This document shows, one piece after another, positions 24,295 to 36,295 of a stretch of DNA of 64,000 nt. Source of the DNA: Lama guanicoe (lineage: Eukaryota); contig MU054220.1 of NCBI GenBank assembly GCA_013239625.1, positions 3,721,374 to 3,785,373 on the forward strand, in the 5' to 3' direction. The stretch's first letter is position 1. Each line of letters begins with the position of its first letter. Position numbers and translations under genes: made by a program. The notes under the pieces are model-generated. The model saw only the letters and a list, made by a program, of their open reading frames with translations. It searched no databases and was not told the origin of the DNA.

Positions 24295-24669
24295 GTGTAG
24301 TACTATTTTTAATCCCATCTGACAAATGAACAGTGAGGCATGGTGAACTTAAGGGACTCGTCCCAAGTTCACACCTGGTGAGTGGCAAAACTGGGATGTG
24401 AACCAGGCTTTGGCTACAGAGTCTACATTCAACTACCTGAACCTGTCTCCAAGGTCAAGGGTATAGGCTGAGTGTCCCAGAGATAGGTGGCCAGGCCTGA
24501 GCATCATGGACAGTCTACCACAAGAATGGATGGTGGAACTGGGTACATTTCATCCAAGACTTCTAGGCTGCTTCCAAGACCTGCCTACTATGATCCTGCA
24601 GGCTGGTGATGGGGAGAGGGACTCCTATATGGTTGTAAACTGGCTGTGAATACAGGGAGGCCAACTTCA

Positions 24670-24850
24670 GGCTGGCCTAGAGCCAGAGCAGCTCCACAGT
24701 GGAAAAGGTTCCCAGGTAAGGTGGTAAGCTCCTTGTCCCTGAAGGTATTCAAGCACTGCTATTGGACCACCATTTACTGGTGATATTCGGGGAAGAATGA
24801 ACAGTAAGAGTAGAGTCAACAGTTCTCTCCAGCCTCAAGCAGCTGTGACA
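24670..24850 (+). mobile_element. L3/CR1 LINE 3' fragment
   Basis: gtggtaagctccttgtccctgaaggtattcaagca...ttctctccagcctcaag. Confidence 0.6.
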
Positions 24851-25199
24851 TATTAGAAGGGCTGGCAGTTAAAAGAGTTCCTGGAAAAAATTTTTCCAGG
24901 ACAACTCTGTTCATTCTTGCTCATTTTTCAAGTTCCAACCCAGATATCACCACATCCACGAAGTCTTCCTTAACTCTCTCCCCATCTGTCCCCACCCCTG
25001 ATACAAAGATGAGTCTCCCCCATCTCTCTGAAATCAGAGACCAGGCTTTAAATCGTCGCTTTCCCTGTGTGATTTTGGGTGAGTGCCTCAAGCCCTCTGA
25101 GCTGCAATTTTCTCAGCTGTGAAATGATTTCATCCCAGAGGAGGGGGAACCAAAGATCAAATGACATCAGCAAGCCTCACACTTAGCCTGTGATCAGGA

Positions 25200-25380
25200 A
25201 GTGCAAATTTCCTTCAGTCTCTGGTAGGTTCAGAGGGTGGGGGGTAGTGAGCTGCCTGCCATTGGCTGTATTCAAGCTGATGTCAGAGACTCTTGGTGTG
25301 GGACTGGGTACTGAGGATTTCTTTCTTGCACTGAGGTAAAGATTGCACTCAGTGTCCTTATGAGTTCTTCCAACTCTAAA
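25200..25380 (+). mobile_element. L3/CR1 LINE 3' fragment
   Basis: gtagtgagctgcctgccattggctgtattcaagctga...gttcttccaactcta. Confidence 0.6.
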
Positions 25381-25469
25381 AAAACACACTTGTGACTTGG
25401 CCTTGGCTGGCTGTGGGAAGATGGGCACATCACTGAGTGGACGCAGTCTCCACCCACCTCCACCAAGCT

Positions 25470-25770
25470 ATAAAAAACCAGGAGTCCACACATGCTGCAC
25501 GATTCCATTTATATGAAAAGTCCAGAAAAGGCAAAATTTATAGAGACAGAGAGAAGATTGGTTGTTGCCTGGAGCAGGGGTGGGAACAGGAATTGACGGC
25601 AAATAGGTACCAGGTTTCTTTGGGGGGTGATGGACATAGTCTAAAATTGGATTGTAGTGATGGTTGCACAACTTTGTAAATTTACTACAAATCGTTGAAT
25701 CCCTTAAAGTGAGAGAATTTTATGGTGCGTAAATTATACCTTTACAAAGCTATTAAAACAAAAACAAAAC
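25470..25770 (+). mobile_element. Old L1 (L1MB/L1ME-type) 3' end
   Basis: gattccatttatatgaaaagtccagaaaaggcaaa...gtgatggttgcacaactttgtaaatttact...aaattatacctttacaaagctattaaaacaaaaac. Confidence 0.9.
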
Positions 25771-26057
25771 AGCACTGCCACCAATAAAATGGGTCCAGAG
25801 GGGCCAGTGGCATGGCTGAGGGTGTTGCCTGCACCCTGTGGGGAACATGGCAGTGGCAGGCTGAGGTCAGAGGTCACAAGGCCTGAGGTCACCTCCAGTC
25901 TCCTCCACTTGTGGCTTCATATCAGTACTCCTTTGTTTTTTTATTCTATAAGATGCAAGAAAATGAAACGGATTCACCAGCTAACCTCATTAAAACCCTG
26001 AAGTGAACCCCAGGTGATGTGAGTTGGTGGGATTCTGCAGAAGGGTGAGGAGCTGGA

Positions 26058-26096
26058 GGAGGGGGCGGCATAAGGGAGGGGGCGGCATAAGGGAGG
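26058..26096. repeat. Perfect 17-bp tandem duplication
   Basis: GGAGGGGGCGGCATAAG twice, followed by a partial GGAGG. Confidence 0.95.
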
Positions 26097-27729
26097 AGGC
26101 CCGAGGGGACTGGCCCCCCTGGAAGACCCTGGAGACCAGTGCTGGGCTGCAGCTCAGGTCATCTTGTGGTTCAGGGTCTCTGAGTAGAATAGAATAAAGG
26201 CCAAGGACTTGGCCTGGCCTGGCCTTGTCTTTTAAGACACTGATGGGTCCACTTGAGGGAAGAGAGGAGGCAACCAATCATGTGCTGAGCACCTACTACA
26301 TGCCAGGGAGGGGTGGACATTTACCCTGGTGATGTGACTGACTGGCCGAGGGACCTGGAGACCAGCAGAGAAGCCCTGAATGGGCACCAGGTCTATGCAC
26401 TGTGGAAAGATCTGATTTGCTCATGGTTATAAAGATGTCTGATTTAAACTTTGCTGTAAATGAGAGGTTTATCGAATCCGTTTAACATGAAAGGAAACCA
26501 GAGCTCTGGAAGTTAAGTCACTTGCCTGAGGCCACACAGTAAATGGTAGGAATCACATTTGAACCTAGGCCAATGCAAAGCAGAATAACTTTCAGAGCAA
26601 GTTGATCTCATGGTTAGTAGTGAGCTCCCTATCGCTAAAAGTATGTAAGAAGAGGCTTAATGAAACCTCTCAAGAAGTCAAAACCAGTGACCTTGAAACC
26701 CCTCCCAGTCCAGTTAGTTTGTGAGGCCACAAATTCTTGCTGATCGGTTCTCTTGAGAGTTAAATCTGGACTCAGAGTCAAGTAGAAAGAAAGGTCTGAG
26801 CCATCCTGAGGAAGGGGACCAAGTGGGCAGGGCCTGGCTGGCACCCTGTCAGCTTGCCACACACGACCGCTGATGGCTGGTTGGGGCCAAAGTGATACTT
26901 GAATACACACGGGCCGGGCCAGGGCAGGCAGCACAGGGCTCCAGGCAACTGCGCTTTGGCCTAAACTAGTCCGAGGAGCGGGTGCATAGGGAGCAGGAGC
27001 CACCTCACAAAGCTGCTGCCCAGTCGGTCAAACGGGGCCCTGTCTGGCCCTCCAGCCAGTGGCCTGTCTCACACCTGCCCCACTGCTGCCCCGCGGGGGC
27101 ACCCCACCCTCCCTCTCCCCAGTTGCTGCCTCCCTGAAGGACTCAGGATCCCAGCTGAGGTTCCCTCCTCTCAGCCCTGGACTCCCTAGAGGATGAGCTC
27201 ACCAGAGGCCACGTTCCCAAACAAGAGCCCTGGGCCAGTAAGAGGCCCTGGCTCCCTTTCATTTGCCCACCAGGCCCTGGGACGGCAGTGAGGGAGGCTG
27301 GGGCCTCTGAGAAGGGAGCTGGGCTGGGGGCTTCCCCTGCCATCTCCTCTCCACGGGGCTCCCCAAGCCAGCACTGAGGTGGGGAGGCCAGGGGCCCTCC
27401 TGACCCACACCGCCATCCACCTCGGGGCGCCACCCTGCTCCACACCCAGAGGGAATCTGGGTTTGCTCTTACATATCCTGGGGCCTCCAGGCCGGACCTA
27501 GAACCCACACATGCGGGCGGCACTTTGGCCTCCTGTACCCCAGAAACAGCAGCTGGAGACTCTGGGGGTGGAGGGCATGAATGCGGAGACTAATTGCAGT
27601 ATAAGAGTTACAGCACTTTTTCAAGATCCTGAGACAGAAAGGGACACGATGGCTTACCTCAGCTTCCCTGAAGGAATATCCTAGCAACAGGGCAGGGCTC
27701 CTTCAAGACTCAGGGTATCTCACTCCCAC

Positions 27730-28140
27730 CCTGCCTCCTTCTTTCCATCCACCATAGGTCACCTGCTGTGGTCCAGGGCCCTATACAACAATCCATCTTC
27801 CACCATCTCTCCTCTGCATAAACCCTTCCATGGCTCCCAGCACTCCTGAGGAAAAGCCCAAACTCAGAGCACAAGAAGCCTATTGATTATGCCTTCCCTC
27901 CCCCCACGCCCTCTTCTCACTCCACCCTAGCAGCACCACTGGTAGCTCCTTGAATGCTTTGGATCTACTGCGCCCCAGGGACTTTGCACAGGCTGATCCC
28001 TCTGCCAGGAATCCACTCCCCTCCCCCAAGTCACACACAGATTTCTTTGTCTACCTTTAAGTCATTTATAATCCAAGCCTTCCCAGCACCTCTCCCTTCC
28101 CCAGCGTGGGCTCCTTCACCCATGCTATGTGTGGCCACAT
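27730..28140 (+). mobile_element. L2 LINE fragment
   Basis: ctctgcataaacccttccatggctcccagcactcctgagg...ccccagggactttgcacaggctgatccctctgccaggaat. Confidence 0.75.
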
Positions 28141-28168
28141 CACAGTTTATTAGATCCCGGCAGCCTGC

Positions 28169-28356
28169 CTGTTGTTCTCAAACTTGACCCTGCATCAGAA
28201 TCCCCTGGAAGACTTGTCCAAGCCCCGATTGCCGGACCTCATCCCTGAGTCTCCAATTTATTAGGTCTGGGGTGGTGGCCTGAATATCTGCATTTCTGAC
28301 AAGCTCCCAGGCGACACTGATGCTGCTGGTCTGAGGACCACATTTGAGAACCGCTG
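28169..28356. mobile_element. MER5A hAT-Charlie DNA transposon
   Basis: Terminal inverted repeats ctgttgttctcaaac and tttgagaaccgctg; ~188 bp; internal gcatcagaatcccctgga...tgcatttctgacaagctcccagg. Confidence 0.9.
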
Positions 28357-30029
28357 GTTAGACCTGAAGCTCTTTGAGGCTGATCTTGCATGATGTTTTA
28401 TGTCCAGACTCTGAAAGAATCTGGTTTATAGTTGGTTTTAATAAACACATAAATGAAAGGTATTGATTCATCTGGTGTAGCCAATGTGGGTGGCAGGAGA
28501 ATGGACTGGGACAATTTTTCCCAATTCGTCCACTCTGCTGTCGGCACTCTCTTCCCTTTTCCCAAAATGGTGGCTGCGCCTTGGGGGCTGCTGGCTTCTC
28601 AGACTGGGCACAGTGGTTTCTGGGCCTAGGAAGACAGACCACCATCTGGGTTTTGGGAATGTCTTCAGAGGCATAAGTCTGGAGCCCATGGCAGTGGAGG
28701 GGTGTGAGCCTGTGAGGGAGGAAGGTGGAGCAGAGATAATAGGCCTGGGGAGACGGTCGGGGGCAGGGAGGGTGGCATCTGAGCATCAGCAAGGAGAAGT
28801 GGATTTTGTGGGATCCAAGAGCTGCAGGCTCATGTGTCCTGCTCCTGGAATAGCCCTCCAAGAGGTGATAGGACTTCGATGGGGCCACCCTAAGTTGCCG
28901 AGAAAGGCTGGGAGTCTAAACACCCAAACCCATGGCTTGGAGTTGCCACCAAAGACCAACCACACTGTATCCAGGCTGGCTTGGAAATGGCCTCTGCCCA
29001 CGCGCCCTTGCTGGAACCTGGGCCGGGCAAAAGAGGCTATCTGCAGGGTCCTGTGCAGGCCGAGGTCCAGCAGTCTCACCCAAAATGTTCTGGGCCACAG
29101 AAAGGCCACGAAGTCTTCCCCATGATCCGAGAGGGTGAGAATCCTCCCTCCCATCATGGCTGGGATTGAATGTCCTTCAAATGGGCAGGGGAGGCTCAGC
29201 CGCAGATCAAGTCGGAGCTAGAGAAATAATGGCAGATGGCATGTCTTCAGGGATAAAACTCAAACCTGCTGCGAAGTCCATTTAGCACTGATGATGGGCT
29301 GGGCCCTGTGCTAGGCCCTGGCCCCTTCCTGATGAGGCATGAAAGAGTGTGGGAGCAGAGGACATGGCATGGAAGTGCAAACAGTCAGAGGGTGGACAGG
29401 AACGAGCAATTGTCTTGCCAGGAACATGGAAGCCTGGTTGCACGGAGCCCTGGGGCACAGAAGAGAGCACCCTGCCAGGCGGCCAGACATGGTATCTATG
29501 AGCCTCTTACTCCAAACTTGGCCCCAATGTGGCATCTCAGGCCATGGCCCCAGGACTCCAGGACACAGAGCACTGGAGACCCTCAAGGCTCAGAGCATAC
29601 CAGAGCCAAGGACACACAGGCTGCCCCCGGCTCCAGTGGGATGACTAGGGCACCAGCCTCAGCACTTTGGCCTGGATGGCAATTCAATGCAACAGTCATC
29701 TGGCCACTGTCCCCTCCTGACTGCATTCCTGCCCCCTACACTTGAGGTAAAAAGAAGGGGAAAAGTTCCAGATTTGGGAAGCTCCACATTCAAAGAGGAT
29801 ACTGCTGGGGGCAGAGAAAGAAGCTGGAAGCTGGCTGGGGTGGGGGTGGGGAAGCATTTGCTTTTAAGTCCTTCCAGATCATTTGAATTTTTAAGGAGCA
29901 TGTATTACTTCTGCAATAATAAATTCCAAAAATAATTTTTGTCTTAAATATGCAAGGCAGTCTGCAAAATTCTGTTGGGAAGAGAGAAGTTTATGCAACA
30001 GCAGCTTTAGGGGTCATTAAATACATCAT

Positions 30030-30240
30030 CATCATCCTTTCTTGAACATCTACCACGTGCCCAGAGCGCTGCTCCGTGTTCTAACACCCAGTATTTAATC
30101 TAATGCTCATCAGCCCTATGAGTAGGAAGCTATTAGTCCTATCATTTTCTAGATGAGAAAACAGAATTTGACAGAGACTAAATAACATGCCCAAGGTCAC
30201 CCAGCCTTGCAGCTGGGGTCTGCACTCGCCAGTGTCTGAC
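30030..30240 (-). mobile_element. MIR SINE
   Basis: cagccctatgagtaggaagctattagtcctatcattttctagatgagaaaacaga...catgcccaaggtcacccagc. Confidence 0.85.
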
Positions 30241-32699
30241 AGCAAGTTCTCATCCTTAGATCCGGGCACACCCCATGCTGCCTCCTGCAACTGAAACCAA
30301 GAAATTGACGGGCCCAAGAGCCATTTGTTTTGAGTCCACTCCACTGCTTGAAAACCACTGGGATTGCACAGGAGCCCACATGAAATTGTCATGGGAAAAC
30401 CAACCCAGAGCCTGGTGTCACCAACCACTTTGGAAATTTGGGCCGAGGGTAGGAAGATGTGTTTGACTGTGCGTCCATTATAATCCATGCATCTGTCCAA
30501 ACATTCACCACCCGCTAACTGAAGCCCTGGCATGCCCGGCTCTGTGCTAAATGCTGGGGACCAGAGTGGGCAGGATACCTTCCGTCACCAGGAAAGGACC
30601 AGGTGAACACAAGGCAGATTGGACCCCTCAGCACCTTCCAATTTGCCGACTTTGTGTCCTCCAGAAAGACCCCAAACCTTTTGTGATTTGAGATCCAGAC
30701 AAGCATTACAGGTGGTAAGAATGCAACACAGCTCTGTAATCCATGCCCACTGATAGGCTTCCACTCTCAGATGCCTTAATTGGCATAATGCTGAGCCTGG
30801 TCTTGGCCATCCAATCCATCTCGTTGGTCCAGGGACAATGCCAGACCAGCTAAATGTGGTGGGTTCTCTGGCATTTCATCCATTAGCCCCAGGATGGAAA
30901 AAGAGGGGTTATGCAAAGCTCCAGGAGCCATGGGAGGCCGGGTGGGATTTCTCCCCTCCCGGGGCTCCAGCCTGCAGACCTGAGTGTGGTCAGGCTAGCC
31001 AGGAGCTCCTTTAGCCAATGGTGTCCATGGGGCCAGCTGGAGGGCAGAGGCGGCCCCAAGTGCAGCTTGAATGCAGAGAGCAGGCAACTTGGGTGTCCCA
31101 TTCAATAGGATCCCATGTGCCCCTCAGATAAATGTTTGATGAAGGAATTAAGTGTGATTTTTGAGGAAGGCTGCTCTGCCCTCACTGGGAGATGGGAGGG
31201 GTGTGACTCTCAGCCCTGTCACCAGATTTTGGGGGACAAGGCCTTAGGCTGCCCTCCAGGCATCTATACACCAAAGACTCTGTTGAGGACTCCTCTCACA
31301 GAGTTACGAAATTAAAAATATAAATAATAATAACACCAATAGCATCAGTGCTATCACGAAGGACGGACCTTTGGCCGGTGTGCCGTCACACACATTATCT
31401 CATTTAGTTATTCATTCAATCTTCACATCAGTCCTGTGAGATATGGAGTATTATTACCCTCAATGTATAGATGTGAAAACTGAGGCTCCGGGGGCCAAGG
31501 CTGTACTACCAGTGGAACCGGGATCTGAACAAGGTCTGACTTGGAATAAAAGTTTAAAGTTGGAAAGGGCTTCATCCCTCATTTCACGATCGACAAACTA
31601 TAGGACAGGGAGGCTGAGGCCACCAGTAGCACAGCTAGGACAAGAACTCAGGTCTCCTCACTTCCAGCCCAGGGTCTGCTGCTAGGCCTGCTGCTTGCAA
31701 CACTGTAAGTGAACATGATTTCTAAGATCTGCAAAGGACCTCGAGATGGTAGGATGAACTGCACTTGGCCCCTGAGCAGTCCCATCTCTTCTAAAGCCCC
31801 TCCACCACCCCCACCAAAAAACCTCCCTCTCCTGGGCATGGAGCGGAAAGAAGCGAAAGTGGACCTAAACCCAGGCTGTGATTTAAGGCAGCCCTGAAGA
31901 TGGTCACAGGCCTGCCTGGCCAAGCCTGGAGGCCTGCAGGGAGAAAGCTGACCACCTTCATCTCACTTCCTGCCTGGCACAGTCTTCGCTCCCACTGTTT
32001 CTTCCTCCTGGGTTGCCCAGCATCCTCACCTGTCCCATATCCTGCCCAGTTTTCAAAGCCTAGCTCAAATGCACGGCCGTCTCTGATTTCCCACCACCAT
32101 CACCACTCTGAAGTGACTTCTCGATCTGGTCTTGGAAACTCCAAGCCTTCCTTTACATTTCTGCTCCAAACCCTCCCATTCTGTACCTTGGATGACAGGG
32201 GTTGACTTTCCTGTCTGTCTCCCTTCTAAGGGGCTGGACCCTTAAGGGGCTCTCAGTGCTGGTCTCTGAGGTGTTGCTGAATGAACAGTGAGGGAGTCGG
32301 AGCAGAGAGGTCGGCCTGTCCTTTTTGTTGACTTGTATACATGCCTGACCGGCTTTGCAGACAGATCTCTAACTGTGATCTTCCCTCTCTCTCCAGGACC
32401 TATGACCAGCTGCATCTTAAATTCTAAGTCCTAGAGGGTGAGGACGAAGTCATTCTAGCATCTCTGCAGCATCAGTCATAAGTGGGGGCTTTAAAAAACA
32501 GTGTGGAAAATAATCAGGTGACAAACATCCACCAATTCCGGCTATGGTTTGGCACTGAATGAGATACTGGATGAGGGGTTGGGGACAAGACACCCAGAGG
32601 AAGGGTCCTGCCCTCAGTGGATCTCCCAGAGAAGGCAGGGATCCCTAAGGGAAGGGACCTTTCAGCTTTGCCTGTTCCCAGTCCCCAGCAAATGAACAG

Positions 32700-33060
32700 G
32701 GCCTGCCACACAGTCAGTCAATTACCATTGGCTGAAGAAATGAATTAATAAGCATTGACCCAGCAGCAGTGAGCACCCCATATAAGGCAGGGTGGTGCTG
32801 AATGCTGAGCTGGTCTGGGCCATGAGTCAGAGCTGCAGAATTCACCGGCGAGAGAGAGGCTGGTACAGGGCCAGGAGGTTTGTGGTTGACCGAAATCAAC
32901 AAAGGCCAGATCTTCAAAAACACTCGGCCACAGTTGCCTGGGAGGCAGCATTACACACTGTGGTTTCCCATCTTTTTTCTGCAGAGCAATCTTTTTTCAA
33001 ATGAAATCGTACACCGCACCCTAAATGCATAACAGAGCTTCCACGGTGGACGTCAACTGG
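32700..33060. promoter_or_regulatory. Candidate enhancer with a consensus CArG box and an AP-1 site
   Basis: CCATATAAGG at 32778-32787, TGAGTCA at 32823-32829, plus TAAT/ATTA cores and AACAAAG in TE-free sequence. Confidence 0.45.
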
Positions 33061-33654
33061 GGCATTGAGGCTGGTCTGGAAACCCTGGAACTCCTGGGGC
33101 CCCTCAGGGACAGGGCTCCTGCTCAACCAGTGATGGCGTCCTCTCTTCTCCCTCCCTCAGAGAGTCGCCAGGAAGCGGGAAGCAGAGAGGAGGGCTGAGG
33201 CCCCGGGCTGGGCCGCCATGGGCTGGGTCTTCAGAGGGGCCATTTAGGTAGATAAATGCTAAAGTGGTTCGAGAAACTTTCCCCAGTGATGAGGGGTTGG
33301 GCCGGGGGTTGGGGGTGTGGAAAGAAAGCAAAAGGCCCTCCCAGCGAATGGAGGGGAATCCAAAGTGGCCAGATGTGGGGTGGCTGAAACAGCGGGCTGG
33401 CCTCTAGGAGCACAAGGACTCAGTATGTGAAGGGTCTTCTGGGCCGATCCTTTAGGAAAGTGAAGCACCATCTGTAGATACATTGCAGATACACGCCCCT
33501 GCAAATCGGGCTTTCAGATACATGAGCCACTGAAACCAAGGCATACCTGTCCGAGAGCGGCTAGCCCTGCACTGTGAGCCACAGCAAGGACCCATTTAGG
33601 ACAAATCAGCCCTCCTGCTCGCTCACCCACCCACCCCCTGCCATGGCACCAGCA

Positions 33655-34185
33655 GGGAGCACCTGTTGTTTGGTCTGCTTGGCATTCCTTCTTCTGAAAA
33701 TAGCACCTGGGTTTTCCCTTTGGAGTACCAGCCCTCTCACATGCTCAGGCTAACTCCTCCCACTCGTAACACCCCCACCCCTAACCACAGACACTCAGCA
33801 CTGACCTAGTCTGGCCAATCAGCATATTCTGTCTTTCTGGTTTCAGTGAGTGGTCAGAGATGGTCATGTGACCCAAGACCAGCCAATAAGATTTGACTCT
33901 AGTAGTTTTGTAAGAACTCCTGGGAAAAAGAAGCTTTCCTTCTATTGGCTTTGTGTTGAGCAGGATGACTGTCCGGAACCACATGGAGAGTGTCTACCAG
34001 GGACCCCAGCCCACAAGGAGGGAAGCAGAAGGCACAGACATGGGCATCATTTAAGTCTTGGACACCAGTAAACAAGCCCCAAACTGCCACTCTATTGGAA
34101 ACCAATAAAAAATGAATAAATCGTGTTTTCTTGCTTAATCAGGTTGAGTTTGGTGTTGGCTCCCAATTGATGCAAACTCTGACCT
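33655..34185 (+). mobile_element. Old MaLR LTR (MLT1K/L-like)
   Basis: ctggccaatcagcatattc...gatggtcatgtgacccaagaccagccaataagatttga...aataaatcgtgttttcttgcttaatcaggttgagtttgg. Confidence 0.8.
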
Positions 34186-34727
34186 CAGTTCAGCCTTTGC
34201 CTGGCCTCTCATCACCCCAACCCACCCCTACCGGCCCCACCCTGTCTCCCCTGCAGCCAACCTTCATGTCAGGCCCGTCATTGGTTTTTGCTGACCTGGG
34301 CAGCAGCTCCAGCCTTCCCCTCAGATCCAAGCACTGGCACAGATCAGCAGCCTGCAGGGCTCACCTGTACCCCAGCCGTCCCAGGTGTCTAGCCCCTCCT
34401 AGGGTTGTGTTTTGGCTAATCTAGTGCGACCTCTCCAACCTGGGCTCTTTGAACTTCAGTTCTACTGGGAGAGACAGATACTACACAGTGAATGAGGGCC
34501 CTGGAATCCAGCCACTCCTGAGCTTGGGGTGGGAAGAGTCACCCCACGGCTTTGGTCCATGGTCTCAGAGAGACCTGCTGTGGGCAGAGGCTGTGGGGTG
34601 TGGCAGGATAGGCTTGGGCTCAGCTGTCAAGCAGGCGGGGAAAGTTCCTGGATCTCTTACCTGCTCTATCACCTTGGGCAAATTGTCCCCTCTAAATCTC
34701 AAGATCTTCAACTTTAAAGTGGAGATC

Positions 34728-35300
34728 ATATTACTATACACCTGACAGAAGGACAAAAATCTACAAAGCTGACAGCATCAATTGGTGGCGAGGAGATGAT
34801 GCAAAAAGAACTCTCACTCATTGCTGGTGGGGATGCAAAATGGTACAGCCGCTCTGGAAGACAGCTTGCAGTTCCCTACAAAGCTAAATATACTCTTACC
34901 ATATATTTCAGCAAACATGCTCCTAAATATTTACCCAACTGATTGAAAACTTATGTCCATACAAAAACCTGCACATGAATGTTTATAGCAGTTTTATTCA
35001 TAATCACCCTAAACTGGAAATAACCAAGATTTCCTTCAATAGATGAATGGATAAGCAAACTGTGGTACATCTAATGGAATATTATTTAGCAATAAAAAAG
35101 AAACGAGCCATCAAGTCATGGAAAGACATGGAGGAACGTATATGACATATGCATTATTACAAAGTGAAAGTAGCCAGTCTGAAAAGGCTACCTACTATAT
35201 GATTCCGATTATATGATATTCTGGAAGAGGCAAAAAAGAAAGGAGACAGTGAAAAGATCACCGGTTGCCGGGGGTGGAGAAGAAGGGAGGGAGGATAAAA
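34728..35300 (+). mobile_element. L1MC-type LINE fragment (end of ORF2 and 3' UTR)
   Basis: gaactctcactcattgctggtggggatgcaaaatggtacagcc...aaaacttatgtccatacaaaaacctgcacatgaatgtttatagcag...agccagtctgaaaaggctacctactatatgattcc. Confidence 0.9.
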
Positions 35301-35304
35301 AAAC

Positions 35305-35826
35305 GAGGTACTCTCTTATCTGGCAAGGCAGATGGCCTCCCACAATAAACACTCTAACTCCCAGCCTCCCTTGCAGCTAGGTGTGCCACATGACTACAAC
35401 CTGGCCAATGGGACATGACAGGAAGTGATGTGGGCACCCTCTCCTTTTCTTATTTCCCCATTCTTACTGACCAGAATGGAGAAACTGTCATGGGCCACCA
35501 TGGATGATGGAGACAAGTAACAGTCAGAGAGCCACAGGACAAAAGGAACCTGGGCCCCTAATATATTTGTGTCAAAGACTCCCCTGAGCTCAGAAGTTTC
35601 CTTAGAGACAAATCAACCTGTCTCTCATTTAAGGAACATTATTTTTAGGGGAAGGTTATAGCTCAGAGTGCTATGGCGTACACAAGGTCCTGGGTTCAAT
35701 CCCCACTACCTCCATTAAATAAAGAAAGAAAGAAACCTGATTATCCCCCCAACAGAAAAATTAAATTAAAGAACATTATTTTGCATTTTTGTTACACACA
35801 ACCAAACCATTATCCTGACAAATGCA
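35305..35826 (+). mobile_element. MaLR LTR (MLT1I/J-like), interrupted by a young SINE
   Basis: tcccagcctcccttgcagctaggtgtgccacatgactacaacctggccaatgggacatgacaggaagtgatgtg. Confidence 0.8.
35648..35770 (+). mobile_element. Camelid-type tRNA-derived SINE (Vic-1-like)
   Basis: ggggaaggttatagctcag (A box)...ggtcctgggttcaatcccc (B box)...aaacctgattatccccc...A-rich tail; exact 12-bp TSD GAACATTATTTT at 35634-35645 and 35771-35782. Confidence 0.85.
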
Positions 35827-35879
35827 AGAACCTTCAAGGATTGTCCTGAGAATTCTGCATAATATACGTAAAACATCTT

Positions 35880-36050
35880 CACTCACTTATTCATTCATTC
35901 ATTCATTCAACAAATAATGACCTGTGTACTCTGCTGGGATCTGGGGGTTCAACCAAAGATAAGACAGACAAACCCCTGTCCTCCGGAGTCTGCATTCTAG
36001 TGCAGGAGACAGGCCATCAAGATGAATTTATTACAGATTTTCACGAGTGC
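35880..36050 (-). mobile_element. L2 3' end fragment
   Basis: ttcattcattcattcattcaacaaata...aagacagacaaacccctgtcctccggagtctgcattctagtgcaggagacag. Confidence 0.85.
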
Positions 36051-36069
36051 AGGAACTCTACTAGTATCA

Positions 36070-36295
36070 GCTAATGCTTATTGCCTTCTGAACTTACTGC
36101 ATGTCCTGTTCTAAGCCCTTTTCACATGTTACCTCATTGTATCGTCACCACAAACCCAGGAGGTGGGTGCTATTGCTTCCTCATTTGACCAATGAGGAAG
36201 CTGAGCCACAGAAAGGTTGAGGCACCTGCCCAAAGTCACACAGCTAGTAGTTGGTGGTTCAGGATCTGAACTCAGGTCTGCTGGACTTTACAGCC
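36070..36295 (-). mobile_element. MIR SINE
   Basis: catttgaccaatgaggaagctgagccacagaaaggttgaggcacctgcccaaagtcacacagctagt. Confidence 0.9.

Noticed and set aside
28358..29157. Longest ORFs (213 aa on +, 176 aa on -)
   Set aside because: They overlap on both strands, are rich in Pro/Gly/Arg/Trp/Leu, and show no recognisable domain or exon structure; expected by chance in GC-rich DNA.
35648..35715. tRNA-like A and B boxes
   Set aside because: Part of a SINE with an A-rich tail and TSD; it is internally deleted and cannot form a full cloverleaf.
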